From: Podarcis filfolensis
Taxonomy: Eukaryota
Assembly: GCA_964270895.1 (NCBI GenBank)
Contig: OZ185441.1
Strand: one strand, 5' to 3'
Length of the DNA: 64,000 bases
Shown: piece after piece, positions 53,094 through 64,000 of the stretch
Layout of the letters: each line of letters opens with the position of its first letter
How positions within the stretch are numbered: position 1 is the first letter of the stretch
Program-made: the position numbers and the translations under genes
The notes under the pieces: generated by a model
Databases searched by the model: none
What the model was told of the DNA's origin: nothing
Seen by the model: only the letters and a program-made list of their open reading frames with translations

Positions 53094-53260
53094 CCGTATT
53101 TTTCGCTCCATAAGACACACTTTTTTCCTCCTAAAAAGTAAGGGGAAATGTGAGTGCGTCTTATGGAGCGAATGGCGCTGCGCAGAGAGGGAGAGCTGTG
53201 CAGCGCCCCTTCAGCGAAGTGCCTCTCCTGCGAAGCGGGAGGAAGAACGGAGCCCCTTGA
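53094..53260 (+). mobile_element. Truncated Tc1/mariner-superfamily (Tc2/Kanga-like) element, left end only
   Basis: TA then CCGTATTTTTCGCTCCATAAGAC terminus; inverted internal copy gtcttatggagcga; CpG-rich; no right terminus found. Confidence 0.6.
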
Positions 53261-53697
53261 AAAGTTCCATCAGAGTTCTTAGACACTTAACATCACATAG
53301 AGTCTTAATTGATTTTGGTGAGCAGCTAACTTCTTGTATCTCCAAAATTGCTTAAATTGAAAGCATTCACTGTGACGATGCAATTGAATTTAGTATTTAG
53401 TTGAATATTAAATTATTGGTATCTGGTCAAAATAATATTTTACTGATGATATTTTTTCATTAACACTTTATTATCTAGATGGTTACATTTGTGAATTTGT
53501 GCCAGCAGCAGTTCAGCAATATACTGGTTCAAATGTAACGTGAAAACATGATTTGGTGGACCAAGATTGTTATAGCTGAACTAGCATTATGTCTCTTTAT
53601 CTCCATAAAATAGACATTTTTCAACTTATACTTTATTGTAAAAATCAGTTCATATAAAATATTTATTTGTGTCTGTGTCTCATTGTCCCTGATTTAG

Positions 53698-53961
53698 ATA
53701 ATTATTTCTGGAAGACAGATTGTGTGTAGTTACCTCTCTGAAAGCATTGAAATGAAAGTTGTTCAGCATTACACTGGGCAGGATGGACAAGCAGTTGTAA
53801 AGGAACATTTTGACTGCCTTACACCCAAGCAGAAGCTGCCATCGTATGTCCTAGAAAACCATGAACTAACAGAGCTGAGTGTGAAGGCTAAAGGAGATGA
53901 AGACTGGTCAAGAGATGTCTCTCTCGAGTCTAAAGACACTGAATATAGCACAGTCATCCAG
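53698..53961 (+). CDS. VPS13B: VPS13B exon I (264 nt): IIISGRQIVCSYLSES...EYSTVIQ
   Basis: gatttag|ATA acceptor and CAG|gtacac donor. Confidence 0.96.
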
Positions 53962-54590
53962 GTACACAGACAAATAGTTTGCAAATCAGAAGTTTGTAAT
54001 TTTCTAAAAAAACCCGAATGTGTTTTCCAAGATAACGATTCTCTTATTATGAATGTGGATTTTGGATGAGCGTAAGGATACTAATCACCCTCAAACCCAT
54101 CTGCTTGAAAGAGTGCTTCTTTTCAGGATCAGGTGGGGGGAGTAGGATTAACCCTTCGTCTCCTGCTGCAGTCCATATTGGACCTACCCACCCACCCACT
54201 GGGAATTTGCATTGGGGAAAACTCTCATTGATGCCAATAGGAACTTTACTCCTGGTGTCAGTAGGTGGGTGTAGAACCCCTGATCCAGAATGGAACCACA
54301 GTCGAAGCCATAGGGTAAAAGCCCCCCTATAACTGCCGTCTAGGTCCTTATCCAGACTTGGGCACCTTCTGTTTATTTAAATACAAATGTGAAATTGCTA
54401 AGTGTGCAAATGGTTTCATGCATAGTTTAGCCCTATCTAAAATAATGTGCAAAAAAAGAGAGATGGATTTTCTTTGAAAACTGGTCTTCTTTTGACTTGC
54501 AGTGTGTTGCTACATCAGATGATACAAAATATTTAGCTCCACAAGGCTACCGTAACCTCCAGCAATACCTATCTTTTTTCTTGTCTGCAG

Positions 54591-54674
54591 GTGCCATCAT
54601 CAAACAATTCCATTATTTATGTATGGTGCATGGTTTTGACATTAGAGGCCAATTCTCAAGTACAACAACGAATT
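54591..54674 (+). CDS. VPS13B: VPS13B exon J (84 nt): VPSSNNSIIYVWC...QVQQRI
   Basis: tctgcag|GTG acceptor and ATT|gtgagt donor. Confidence 0.95.
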
Positions 54675-54837
54675 GTGAGTACATTCCCCATTGCCCAAAT
54701 TAATACGACCTCACATGTTCTGAAACAAATTAAGGTCAAACTGACCCACAGCAGAGATTTAGTGACAGTCTGTTATAGCTGGAATGCTGGATCCACAGTT
54801 AAAAAGCTGAAACTGTTCTACTGCTTTGATTTTGTAG

Positions 54838-55013
54838 ATTGTTTTCAGCCCTCTTTTTATCATGAGGAGCCATCTTCCGGATCCCATCATCATACATTTG
54901 GAGAAAAGGAGCCTGGGACTAAGTGAAATGCAAATTATTCCTGGGAAAGGACAAGAAAAACCATTGCAAAATATAGAACCTGATTTAACCCATCACCTCA
55001 CCTTCCAAGCCAG
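54838..55013 (+). CDS. VPS13B: VPS13B exon K (176 nt, phase 0 to 2): IVFSPLFIMRSHLPDPIIIHLEKR...LTFQA(R)
   Basis: tttgtag|ATT acceptor and CAG|gtatag donor. Missed by the ORF track; translated by hand. Confidence 0.96.
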
Positions 55014-55490
55014 GTATAGTATCTATACCTAAGCATGCTGGGCTGCAGGATGAGTTTAGCGTCGGAACAAAAGTTTACTAAAACCACACGTTTCTCTGAT
55101 GGGTAATGGAAATGCCATTGTGCAGTGTAGACTCGAGACTGATTTTTGTGTGTGAATGGACTGTGAGCTTCACCATGGTGCTGAAAGCATGTGCTCAGAT
55201 GTGCTCTTTTCCTCAATTTTTCTTACAAATATTATTTTATGTATACCACTTATAGAGAGCTTTTTTTATTAAGTGGCATATAAACGTTAATAAGCAAATA
55301 GGCTAAACAAATTCCAGTTGTGTCTGCCACCACCTCTGCCACTGTCTGCAGCCGGCTTCTGTTGGTGGGTCCACATGTCTATTAAAAAAACAAACAAACC
55401 CACAAGCCTGAAGTCTGGTGTAGAGTACACACTCAGTTTCTCTGATTAACCCATGCAATGAAATACATCCTTGCTTTATTCTCGTGGCAG

Positions 55491-55661
55491 GGAAGAAGAT
55501 GATCCTTCTGAATGTGCAGTCCCCATCTCAACAGCGCTCATTAAGCAGATTGCCACCAAATCAAATGCAGGAGGCACTGCAAATGAAATACTTGCCGATT
55601 TCTATGGGTGCTGCAGCTCCCCCCAGTCTGTGTGGCCTTATACTAAGAAGGATTTTGTCAG
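55491..55661 (+). CDS. VPS13B: VPS13B exon L (171 nt, phase 2 to 2): EEDDPSECAVPISTALIKQIATK...WPYTKKDFV
   Basis: gtggcag|G acceptor and CAG|gtactg donor. Confidence 0.95.
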
Positions 55662-56278
55662 GTACTGGTGTCTTGCTATTTTCCTCTGGAGTTGCACAAC
55701 TTGCAATGAAATAAATACATTTGCAAATGGTAGGATCCTAAAACAAGTTTTATTTCATTGGAGGAGCATCATATTTATCAATAACTTTTCTAGGTATATC
55801 AGCTCCACCTGCCTCCTGGATAGAAAAGACACATCTTATTTTGTTAGCTCCTTAGCTTAAGCAAATTCCAAAGCAGAGAGTGGCTTTTCATATATTGCAA
55901 CATATTGAAAATATTTTTAAAAATCGGAATCATATTTTCAGGGGATCATTTGCTATCATATTTGTAGGACTAAGAAACTGCCAAGGAGACTGAATGCCAG
56001 GTGTTGTCCTGAGACTACTTTTAATTCAATTATTTCAAAATGTGACTTGCTTTTTGATCCTTGAATAAAAGCCTATTTCAATCAAAGAAGAAAACCAGCC
56101 TAAATCAGGGACAGATTTGCCCTGGCAGAATCTCTTTGTATTTCAGAATCATATCTGTTATCAGGAGGCACTACAGTGTAACAAAAGCTTTATGAATGGC
56201 TAGGATGATAAACTGCAAATCTTACCAATGAATTAACCATTTTCTTTTATCTCTCCTTTGATACGTTACTTGGAAAAG

Positions 56279-56480
56279 CAGCGAACAGCTCACTCAGTGG
56301 GATAGCCCAATGCGAGTGAAACTGTCAGTGTGGAAGCCATGTGTGAAAACGCTGCTGATAGAACTCCTGCCATGGGCTCTGCTGATCAATCACTCCAAGT
56401 GGGATCTTTGGCTGTTTGAAGGCGAGAAGATTGTCCTGCAGATACCTTCTGGGAAAACAATGATACCTCCAAACTTTCAG
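56279..56480 (+). CDS. VPS13B: VPS13B exon M (202 nt, phase 2 to 0): SEQLTQWDSPMRVKLSVWKP...PPNFQ
   Basis: The first AG after the pyrimidine tract is AAG (56276-78), followed by CAG. The exon ends at CAG|gcaggc (GC donor); length matches the remembered 67-codon human exon. Confidence 0.9.
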
Positions 56481-57959
56481 GCAGGCATACTATTCAAAAC
56501 AATATGCACTGTTTTATTTTAACCATTCTCTTTTCATTTGTGTACAGGGGCAGATCAAAGGTTGCAAGGCCCACAACACATCCTACACAACATGTTTTTT
56601 ATTTGTCAGTACGTGCAAACATAGACAAACATGCAAACAGTGGCAGGCTTCTTCCCCACATGGAGTCTGGGTACATCTGGTCAGTTGTTTTGTTCCTAAT
56701 GTGGGGCAAGCAGTGAATATTGCAAATTCCTCCTTGCATCATAGTCAACACATCACTGCTGTGAGAAATGAGAGTAGCTACCACTTTTTAAGCTATGAAG
56801 AATTGTAAAGGGAGTCTTTAATCAGGAAACGGAAAATATGGTCATTGCATTTGGAGCCCCTAAATAAACTGCACCAAGACCCTTTGAAGCAGCTTACCCA
56901 TTTCCCAGTTTATAACAATAAATGGCAGCCATCTACTGTGGATTATTTCATTGTCTTCATTTTTTTTCTATGAACTATTTGACCACAGGGCCTCAAGATG
57001 GGCAATTCATTAACAGATTGAATTTTATACTGTACTACCTTGAATATACGAAAAGTAATCTCAGCCTTGGCTTATACATTTAGCCAGTTCGGCACTAAGG
57101 TAGCATGATGGAGGAGTGGCTTAAGTCCCTCTCTCCTACAAACAGCCTCCGGTGTCAACTAGGACCTGATAACCAAATGCACTGAGGCCAAGTCTGGGCC
57201 TCCCCCTGTGTTTTTTTAGGGTGTGTATGAATAGAATGCCTGCATCCAGACTGTTCTTAGCCTTGAGTACAAGTGCAAACCTGCAGGGTGCCAGGAGAGT
57301 TTTGTATGCAAAAACTGAAGTTATTTAGGTAACTATTTATTAGTAGGGACAGTGTCAATTGCTTTTGTTCTGACCAGGGCTAATTAATGGCCAAATGGAA
57401 GTGCATGTTTGTGATAGCTGTTGAAAACTAGTTCAGGTGCAGAGTAGGTCATTTGCAAATATCAGAAGTGGTTGCTCCTCCCCAGCAATGGAAAAAAGTT
57501 TATCTTCTGTGAATGATCTTACCAAATGTATGTCTGTTGTGCTCGCAAGAGTGCATCCTCTGTGCAGTCACCTATAGAGTGAACCTAAAGGAGTTAAAGG
57601 TCATGCTTAGGGCACCAGCTAAACTGGGTACTTGGGTAACACAGTTGTTCTACCACATTACTGCTGCACCACCCACTAAATATATAGACAGACTGTGGCT
57701 TAAGGATACGGAATAGGAATATAGAACATTGAATAGGACATGAAATCTTGTGATGAAATGCAGTTCAGCATACACATTTGGCAGCACTGCTTGATATCGC
57801 ACAAGCAAATAGTAAGTTGCTTAAGTTGCTGAAAAAAATATATAGAATTTAAATGTGATCAGATTTACGTTTGCGATCTCCTCTTGTCTTATATTGAGTG
57901 GAAGTATTGAAAACAGGAAGTACTGAACATGGCCCCCAATTTATTTATTTTTGTTTTAG

Positions 57960-58148
57960 GAAGCTTTTCAAATTGGCATATACTGGGCAAACACTAACAC
58001 TGTGCACAAGTCAGCAGCAGTCAAGCTGGTCCACAATATGACATCACCCAAGTGGAAGGATGGAGACAACGAGGAGGTGGTGACACTGGATGAGGAAGGA
58101 TTTGTTGAAGCTGAGATAAGACTTGGAGCCTTTCCAGGACACCAAAAG
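57960..58148 (+). CDS. VPS13B: VPS13B exon N (189 nt): EAFQIGIYWANTNTVHKS...GAFPGHQK
   Basis: gttttag|GAA acceptor and AAG|gttaga donor. Missed by the ORF track; translated by hand. Confidence 0.96.
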
Positions 58149-58494
58149 GTTAGAAATATTTAGGAGATTATTTCCTAATGTTGAAAGGAGAAAAAATATT
58201 ATGTCATTCAGAAATATGGTAAACTAAGAACATTTGCAAGATGAACTGATCAAGCATACCCAGAAGAAAACTGTAATTGGGAATGGTTTGTTCATATGGA
58301 TTTATTTAAAAAGGTAGAATAACCTTAGCTGCCTTCCCATGGACAGAGTGATTACAAAAGGAACATCAAAATCATGTAATTCAGGTGTCTTTTCAGACCC
58401 AGGACCCACTTTTAACATTTGGGGACTCATTTCTGAATCCTTTACCATATATTTGCATGGTAGTAGTGCTCTTGTTACAACCCACTAGTGGATC

Positions 58495-58660
58495 CCAACC
58501 CGTCGGTGATGTAGTTCAGCTGCCTGCCAATGACAAAAATCCACTCTTACCACATGCCTGAAAGGTAACCATCCAGTCTCTGCTGCAGAACCTCTAACAA
58601 AGGGACGCCTGCCACCTTCCAGGATAGTTTGTTCCACTTCCAAGCAGCTCGTACCATCCT
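58495..58660 (-). mobile_element. CR1 ORF2 terminal relic
   Basis: The reverse complement encodes a WN.L..KV...P..EVL.QRLD-like remnant. Confidence 0.6.
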
Positions 58661-58878
58661 AATGTATGGTTTAAATTCTTTAACTGAGGGATAAAGTGGC
58701 AGCAAACGGTGATTTGCTAATAGATTTTCTTCCTTGAAATAGTGCTTAAGGTGGTGTACATAATAGGGTTCCTATATTTTTGAGCATCAAAATGAATTGT
58801 TTATTTAGCGGTTCTTACATTGTTGGAAAATATTTGTCCTTTACCTACTAATGTTCTGTTCCTGATATTATCCTGCAG

Positions 58879-59025
58879 CTGTGTCAGTTCTGCATTTCTT
58901 CTATTGTTCAGCGTGGTATTCAGATCCTGCAGATTGAAGACAAGAGCATCATCATCAATAACACTCCATACCAAATATACTATAAGCCTCAGCTATCTAT
59001 TATGAAGTCTAAACTAAGAGAGGAG
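58879..59025 (+). CDS. VPS13B: VPS13B exon O (147 nt): LCQFCISSIVQRGIQILQIEDK...KLREE
   Basis: cctgcag|CTG acceptor and GAG|gtaaaa donor. Confidence 0.95.
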
Positions 59026-59590
59026 GTAAAATATTAACACTGTATTTTTTGTTTTAGCTTCTACAGTGGGTATAAATTACTATTTATATAAAGGCTAAAC
59101 TTCTTATTGAAAGGAAAACACTGGATAAGGAATTAAAAGTCACTTATTTTAGATTGTTTTAATTGAGAACATAGATGCCACAATACAGTGGACCATGGTA
59201 ATTAACTTGTGATCTCTGCATAGTTGCGGATCTTGATACTGTGTAGAATTAGTTCTGCTTGGTCCCCATATGTTCAGAAGCTGAAGGCTGCTGTTGAAAC
59301 AGAGGCAGCATAATCCATCATAGCTATTGAAACAGTTCTAAGAATTCCCATACAGAAAAGGTGTATCTGGTTTGTAAGCACTGGGAAATAAGCCTCATTG
59401 AATTCACTGAGTCTTACTTCTGAGTAGGCAGTGTACTGTCAGGGACTTAAATCAACTGTACTTGCTGATAATAGCAAAAATGAATAATAGCTATATTTAT
59501 TTATTTAAATTATTTTATAATCCATTCTTCATTGTTCACCCAATCCCAGAACCGGGAAAAACATAAAAATTCAGTAAGGCATTATTTCAT

Positions 59591-59847
59591 GAGAGCCAGT
59601 GTGGTGTAGTGGTTAAGAATGATAGACTTGTAATCTGGGGAACCGGGTTCGTGTCTCCGCTCCTCCACATGCAGCTGCTGGGTGACCTTGGGCTAGTCAC
59701 ACTTCTCTGAAGTCTCTCAGCCCCACTCACCTCACTGAGTGTTTGTTGTGGGGGAGGAAGGGAAAGGAGAATGTTAGCCACTTTGAGACTCCTTCGGGTA
59801 GTGATAAAGCGGGATATCAAATCCAAACTCTTCTTCTGCTCTTCTTC
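59591..59847 (+). mobile_element. Squam3-like SINE (tRNA head, L2-like tail, (TTC)n end)
   Basis: gagagccagtgtggtgtagtggttaag head, gggttcg B-box, gtgaccttgggctagtcac core, ctcttctt tail. Confidence 0.85.
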
Positions 59848-60736
59848 ATTTAAATACAAAATGTAACATCAAAATATGTTGTTGTTGCTGATGTTGTTGT
59901 AGTAGTAGTTGTTAACTTTTTATACTACAACATAGCCAAGAGAGGGGCACCACTTTAACCAAATGCTCGGGTGAGTAGCTACATTTTTACCGGATGGAAA
60001 CTCCATTCACATTGTTGCGAACTGCACCTGAAAGCGATGCCACTATTGAGAATACCCTTTCACAAGTTGCCGCAGGCCATATGGCAGAGAGCTGAGTCAC
60101 CATGAGGAGTCTGGGCAGGTGTAAAAGGGAATAGGGGTGTTTCATGTATACGTACAAGAAATGCATGTATAAAATAAACTAATCAGATGATATTCATAAA
60201 CAGATACTACTGCAATTGTAAAATCTAAAAAGCGAGTAATGTAAAGTTCATGGTAGTTTGCAAGCATGAGTATAAAAACCGGAAGCAGCAGTCATGTGTG
60301 ACACTAACAGAACAGTCCACTGGGAGCAGGGAGGAGAATGGAAGCAAGAGGCAGCATTTGCTGATCCACTTTAGGTAGCAGAATATCTTGGCGCAGCCCT
60401 GCATAGGTCTAGCAGGGAGAAAAATGCACATCCTATATTGCAGTTGTTCACAACTCTTTAGAGATGCTTGACAGTTCTTTGAGTACTATTGCCCTGGATT
60501 ATCTGGGAAATACATCTTTCATTGGTGTATTAAATGACAGGCAGACTGTTCTGGATACAAAGGAATGCTTTGGCTTTAATTAAAAAAAAATCAATGCAAA
60601 CTTATTTAAAACGTACGTTATAAAAGCTCACATTACTTCCTTTTTTGGATTTATGAAACTACTCTTTTACACTGCTTCTCCTACAAGTTTTTGGCATTAC
60701 CACTCAGTGCCTGACTATAAGGATATCCTACTATAC

Positions 60737-60882
60737 CAGTGCTTTTTTCGGGGGGGGGACACAGGGGGGCGCATACCCCTAAACATTTTGTGAATCTAAG
60801 TTTGGCCTCGTTGAGGGGCAGTATTTCAATATGAGTAGGAAAATGAGAGTACCCCTAAACATTTTTTAGGAAAAAAGCATTG
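60737..60882. mobile_element. hAT-type non-autonomous element, 146 bp
   Basis: TIR CAGTGCTTTTTT...AAAAAAGCATTG; 8-bp flanks tactatac/taccatac (7 of 8 match); internal repeat tacccctaaacatttt twice. Confidence 0.8.
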
Positions 60883-61032
60883 TACCATACCAAAGAGAAG
60901 TGGACGCAGGCAAGATGTTTGGAGATTTAATGTAACCTTGTGAATATTTTGAATTGTGCCCCTTACAAATTCTGCAGAAACTGAAAACTTGCATTAAATA
61001 GCTATGTACTCCCTTCCTTGTTTCCTTCCTAG

Positions 61033-61316
61033 TACTTGCAAGTTCCAGACAGCAGTACATTCAGCATCTGCTCAGCTACAGAGACTGACACTGCCAAAGC
61101 AAGTTCTGTTGTTTTTTGGGACTTGATGCCTGATATTACCCAGCCAGTTTCTGATATGCTCCCTCTTCAAAAGTACATGTTGCTAAGCTTCAAACATAGC
61201 ATTAATTGCCACGCCATTTCATGCTGGAGCCCGCCAGCTGTCATCCGGCAGGAATTCCCAAGGCAGAGTATAGCTGTACCCCTTGGAGGTAGAGCTGAAA
61301 ATGGATTCTGCACCAG
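61033..61316 (+). CDS. VPS13B: VPS13B exon P (284 nt, phase 0 to 2): YLQVPDSSTFSIC...ENGFCT(R)
   Basis: ttcctag|TAC acceptor and CAG|gtatgt donor; WDLMPDI and EFPRQS conserved. Confidence 0.95.
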
Positions 61317-61440
61317 GTATGTAGAATGCGCGTGAACGAGCTTTATATTGACAGGCAGAGGGCAATGCCAGTCTTCAAAAATGCAAGGGGTTTATTTAAA
61401 AGTTAAAATAGTGAGGCTGGTCCTCAGTAATGTTATAGGC

Positions 61441-61681
61441 CAGGCACCCCCAAACTCGGCCCTCCAGATGTTTTGGGACTACAATTCCCATCATCCCTGA
61501 CCACATTCTCTTCCAACTCTATGATTCTATGATTCTATATGGTGTTTCCTGCTTGGCAGGGGGTTGGACTCGATGGCCCTTGTGGTCTCTTCCAACTCTA
61601 TGATTCTACTGTTCCTGTTAACTGGGGATGATGGGAATTGTAGTTCCAAAACATCTGGAGGGCCGAGTTTGGGGATGCCTG
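61441..61681. mobile_element. hAT (Charlie-like) palindromic MITE with a nested CR1 3'-end insertion
   Basis: Perfect 8-bp TSD ttataggc (61433-40, 61682-89); about 57-bp inverted arms starting CAGGCACCCCCAAACT. Confidence 0.9.
61505..61608 (+). mobile_element. CR1 LINE 3' termini (two tandem tails) nested in the hAT MITE
   Basis: ggggttggactcgatggcc...cttccaactctatgattcta with the (GATTCTAT)n tail typical of CR1. Confidence 0.8.
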
Positions 61682-63146
61682 TTATAGGCTCTTAAATACA
61701 AATACAGTGTTCTGCTTTTAATTGCTTAAACTTTGCAATTTTTGATATGAAAAATGATGTTGTTCTCTGTTCATCTACTTTAGTAACACTTTAGTAGCAT
61801 CTTGATAGCTTGAGAAATAAATGTGCTCTCAAACAGCTTGTGAACAATTATACTTTTAATAATCCAGTTGTATGTGTCTCTGTCTTCTACAGCAGTTTGG
61901 GAAGAAAGTTAGCTATTTAAAATGGCACAGTATATGTTAAAAGATGAGGGGGCGGGGAAACTTGTCTGGGAAAAATACTGAGAAGTCAGTAGGAAATATA
62001 GAAAACTTTCCAAGTCTGAAAGGCTGCCTATATCTAAAATTGCATCCCCTTTTGAAAATAAGCCACTCCGTGTAGTAAAAATTCCACTGCTTCATAGAAG
62101 AGATTATTTCCGTTTCCTGCCTCCAAAACTGATGTTGTTCTTACTGTGTGATGCAGATCTAAATAAAGAGCTATACAGAGCCACGTAAGATCAGAATCAG
62201 CCATATGGTATTGCCCTTGCTGTGAGCTGTGTGGGAGATGCTTTGAAGACAATGTGTGCTTCAATCTCTGAGCATTGAGGAGGGAATACCTATATCAATT
62301 CAATTACTCAGCAGTGACTCTTCTGGGTGATTTATGAATGATGTGGCTGGACTCAAAGAGATTCCAATATGGGCCTTAGAAGAAAGGATGCTGACAAAAT
62401 ACAGTGATCCTAACAGGCGAGAGCAGGAGTCAAAAGCAGGATTATGAGAAAGAAGAAACTGTTCCCTCTTCCAAACTGACACATTTTTATCTTTACATAT
62501 TCTTGGGGGGGAAATCACTCTAATAGAATAAAGGTGAACAGGCAGCTTTAAAAAGAATATGTGCGAACAGGAATTTGTTCCTGTTCCTGTGATGTAGGCA
62601 TCACTGTCAATGGGCATGATGCATGATGCAGTGCCCATCAACCCCAACCAGGTTCAGGGATGTTGGGAGTTGTAGTCCCACATCCAGAAGAGACCCATTG
62701 GCGGGAGGTTTCTTTCTGTTTCATTGGATTTTTATTGCTTTTTTGCATTTCTTTTGTACCAGCAACATGCAAGTTGCTTTACAGTGTGTGCTGGTTTTCT
62801 ATGCAAGAAGGCTACTTAATAGAATTACCATCAAAAGTTACTTAGAAAATAAAGTTTCTTTTAAAATCCATGAAAACCGAGGCCACCATCATGCAAACTT
62901 TTGAACTTAAATATGTTCGTAGGAAGTTTGATCCTTTGTTGACATTGTTCCCTTCTCTTTCTTTTGAACTTCGTGTTGCTGGACACACAGCCACTTTTTT
63001 TTTAAGTGGGCAAGTATTCATGAGATCTTGGTTTTAACTTCCCATAACTGGTTGTTCTTTCATACATTACTAGGTTGGTATGAAATTTGTAACAGTAAAT
63101 TAAGTTGACTTTCAGATGTCTAATGTTACAATCTTGTTCGCTTTAG

Positions 63147-63274
63147 AGCTATTGCGCTGACTTATCAGGAACATCTTGGGGTGACGTACTTAACTCTATC
63201 AGAAGATCCTAGTCCTCGCATAATTATCCACAACAGGTGTCCTGTCTCATTGCTTGTGAAAGAGAACATCAAAG
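63147..63274 (+). CDS. VPS13B: VPS13B exon Q (128 nt, phase 2 to 1): AIALTYQEHLGVTYLTLSEDPSPR...KENIK
   Basis: ctttag|A acceptor and AAAG|gtatgt donor. Confidence 0.96.
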
Positions 63275-63588
63275 GTATGTGATTTATCCTGCTTCGACAT
63301 AAAATTTAAGCCTTTGAATTAATTGCCTTGCTTGCCTCTTAAATTCTTAATTTAAGAAGTGTGCTCAGAATTAACATATTTAATTCAAGAAGCAGTTTGT
63401 GTATGAAGAGGATATGAAAGGGGGGTCTGAAAAATAAGCAAAAAGCAATAATTGTATTTCCTGATAATTTCTTGGGCAGAGTTTGTTACAGTCTAGCTTG
63501 TGTGTATGCAATGAAATCAGATGAAACTGTGCCATAAATACAAACATCTTTCCTTAAAGAGCTTTCTGGATCTTTTATTAAATTCCAG

Positions 63589-63788
63589 ACACGCCAAAGT
63601 TTGATATTTACTGCAAGCACATTCCAGCTGAAAGCTCAGTACACCATGAACTTTATCATCAAGTTTCCGGCTATCCAGATTGCAAAACCAAAGACCTGGT
63701 GCCCAGCATCCTTTTGAAAGTTGTATCATCAGAGGAATTAACAAATGAATGGAGTGATTTTGTGGATATTAATAATCAAGGCACACAG
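63589..63788 (+). CDS. VPS13B: VPS13B exon R (200 nt, phase 1 to 0): (D)TPKFDIYCKHIP...DINNQGTQ
   Basis: attccag|AC acceptor and CAG|gttagt donor. Confidence 0.96.
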
Positions 63789-64000
63789 GTTAGTTCTTTG
63801 TTTTAATTCTGCATTTCCAGTGTGGTAAAATGATAATGTGAGCATAGAGTTAAATAAATTTAACATCCTCATCTTAAAACACAGGAGTTGGTTGGAAGTA
63901 AATGTGTTTTAGAATTAGGGTCCAAACACAACCATAATTAGTAAATGGGGAAAATTTCATGTTCAACCCCCATTAAAATCATTAGAAATTGAACTTAAGA

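Larger units (their letters stand above)
14658..63788 (+). other. VPS13B: VPS13B gene body, internal portion (18 coding exons; gene continues past both window edges)
   Basis: Spliced translation matches remembered vertebrate VPS13B (e.g. WCKHSGNPGPE, MMLWRYPEPRVLTLVRITPVPFNTTEDPDISTADLGDVLQ, LLHICIEGWGNWRWSEPFSVD). Exon phases chain without frameshift over 3488 nt. Confidence 0.97.

Noticed and set aside
54585-54596. AG|GT at exon J (and exon B) as a recursive splice site
   Set aside because: The reconstituted donors GTGCCA and GTTTTT are very weak and the flanking introns are short; the GT is simply a Val codon.
55608-55613. Cys-Cys in exon L (FYGCCSSP), differing from remembered human FYGPEKSL, as a palmitoylation site
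   Set aside because: It lies in a variable linker with no supporting context, and I cannot verify orthologue conservation.
56548-56608. Cryptic 61-nt exon after the GC donor (strong tgtacag acceptor, TCA|gtacgt donor)
   Set aside because: It would need a 67-nt intron from a weak donor and would shift the frame; no support from sequence alone.
1-64000. Most entries in the supplied ORF track (60-130 aa)
   Set aside because: Apart from those overlapping VPS13B exons, they are short, lack recognisable domains, and often run through microsatellites, Ns or MITE/SINE sequence. This is the expected noise in vertebrate intron.

Overview
Squamate reptile genomic DNA, most likely a lacertid lizard judged from Sauria-SINE and Squam3-like SINE copies. 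The whole window lies inside one + strand gene, VPS13B (COH1; bridge-like lipid transfer protein). I trace 18 consecutive coding exons from 14658 to 63788 (about 3488 nt, about 1160 codons). Splice phases are consistent at every junction, and the exons cover the mid-region and the VAB/SHR-BD repeats. The first 14.6 kb appears to be intron, and the gene extends beyond both edges. One exon is mostly hidden by a 132-nt N-run, one exon has a tandem NAGNAG acceptor, and the same exon needs a GC donor. Introns hold six TA-flanked Tigger/pogo-like MITEs (three subfamilies on a shared scaffold), hAT MITEs with 8-bp TSDs, SINEs, L2/CR1 relics and microsatellites. I found no prokaryotic-type system, CRISPR array, rRNA or tRNA gene, and no convincing wholly new biological system. 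The best leads are the MITE motif-swap family, inverted repeat pairs bracketing in-frame exon blocks, non-canonical splicing, and a CpG-rich intronic patch with a perfect donor site. All comparisons to human VPS13B and to repeat families are from memory, not database searches.
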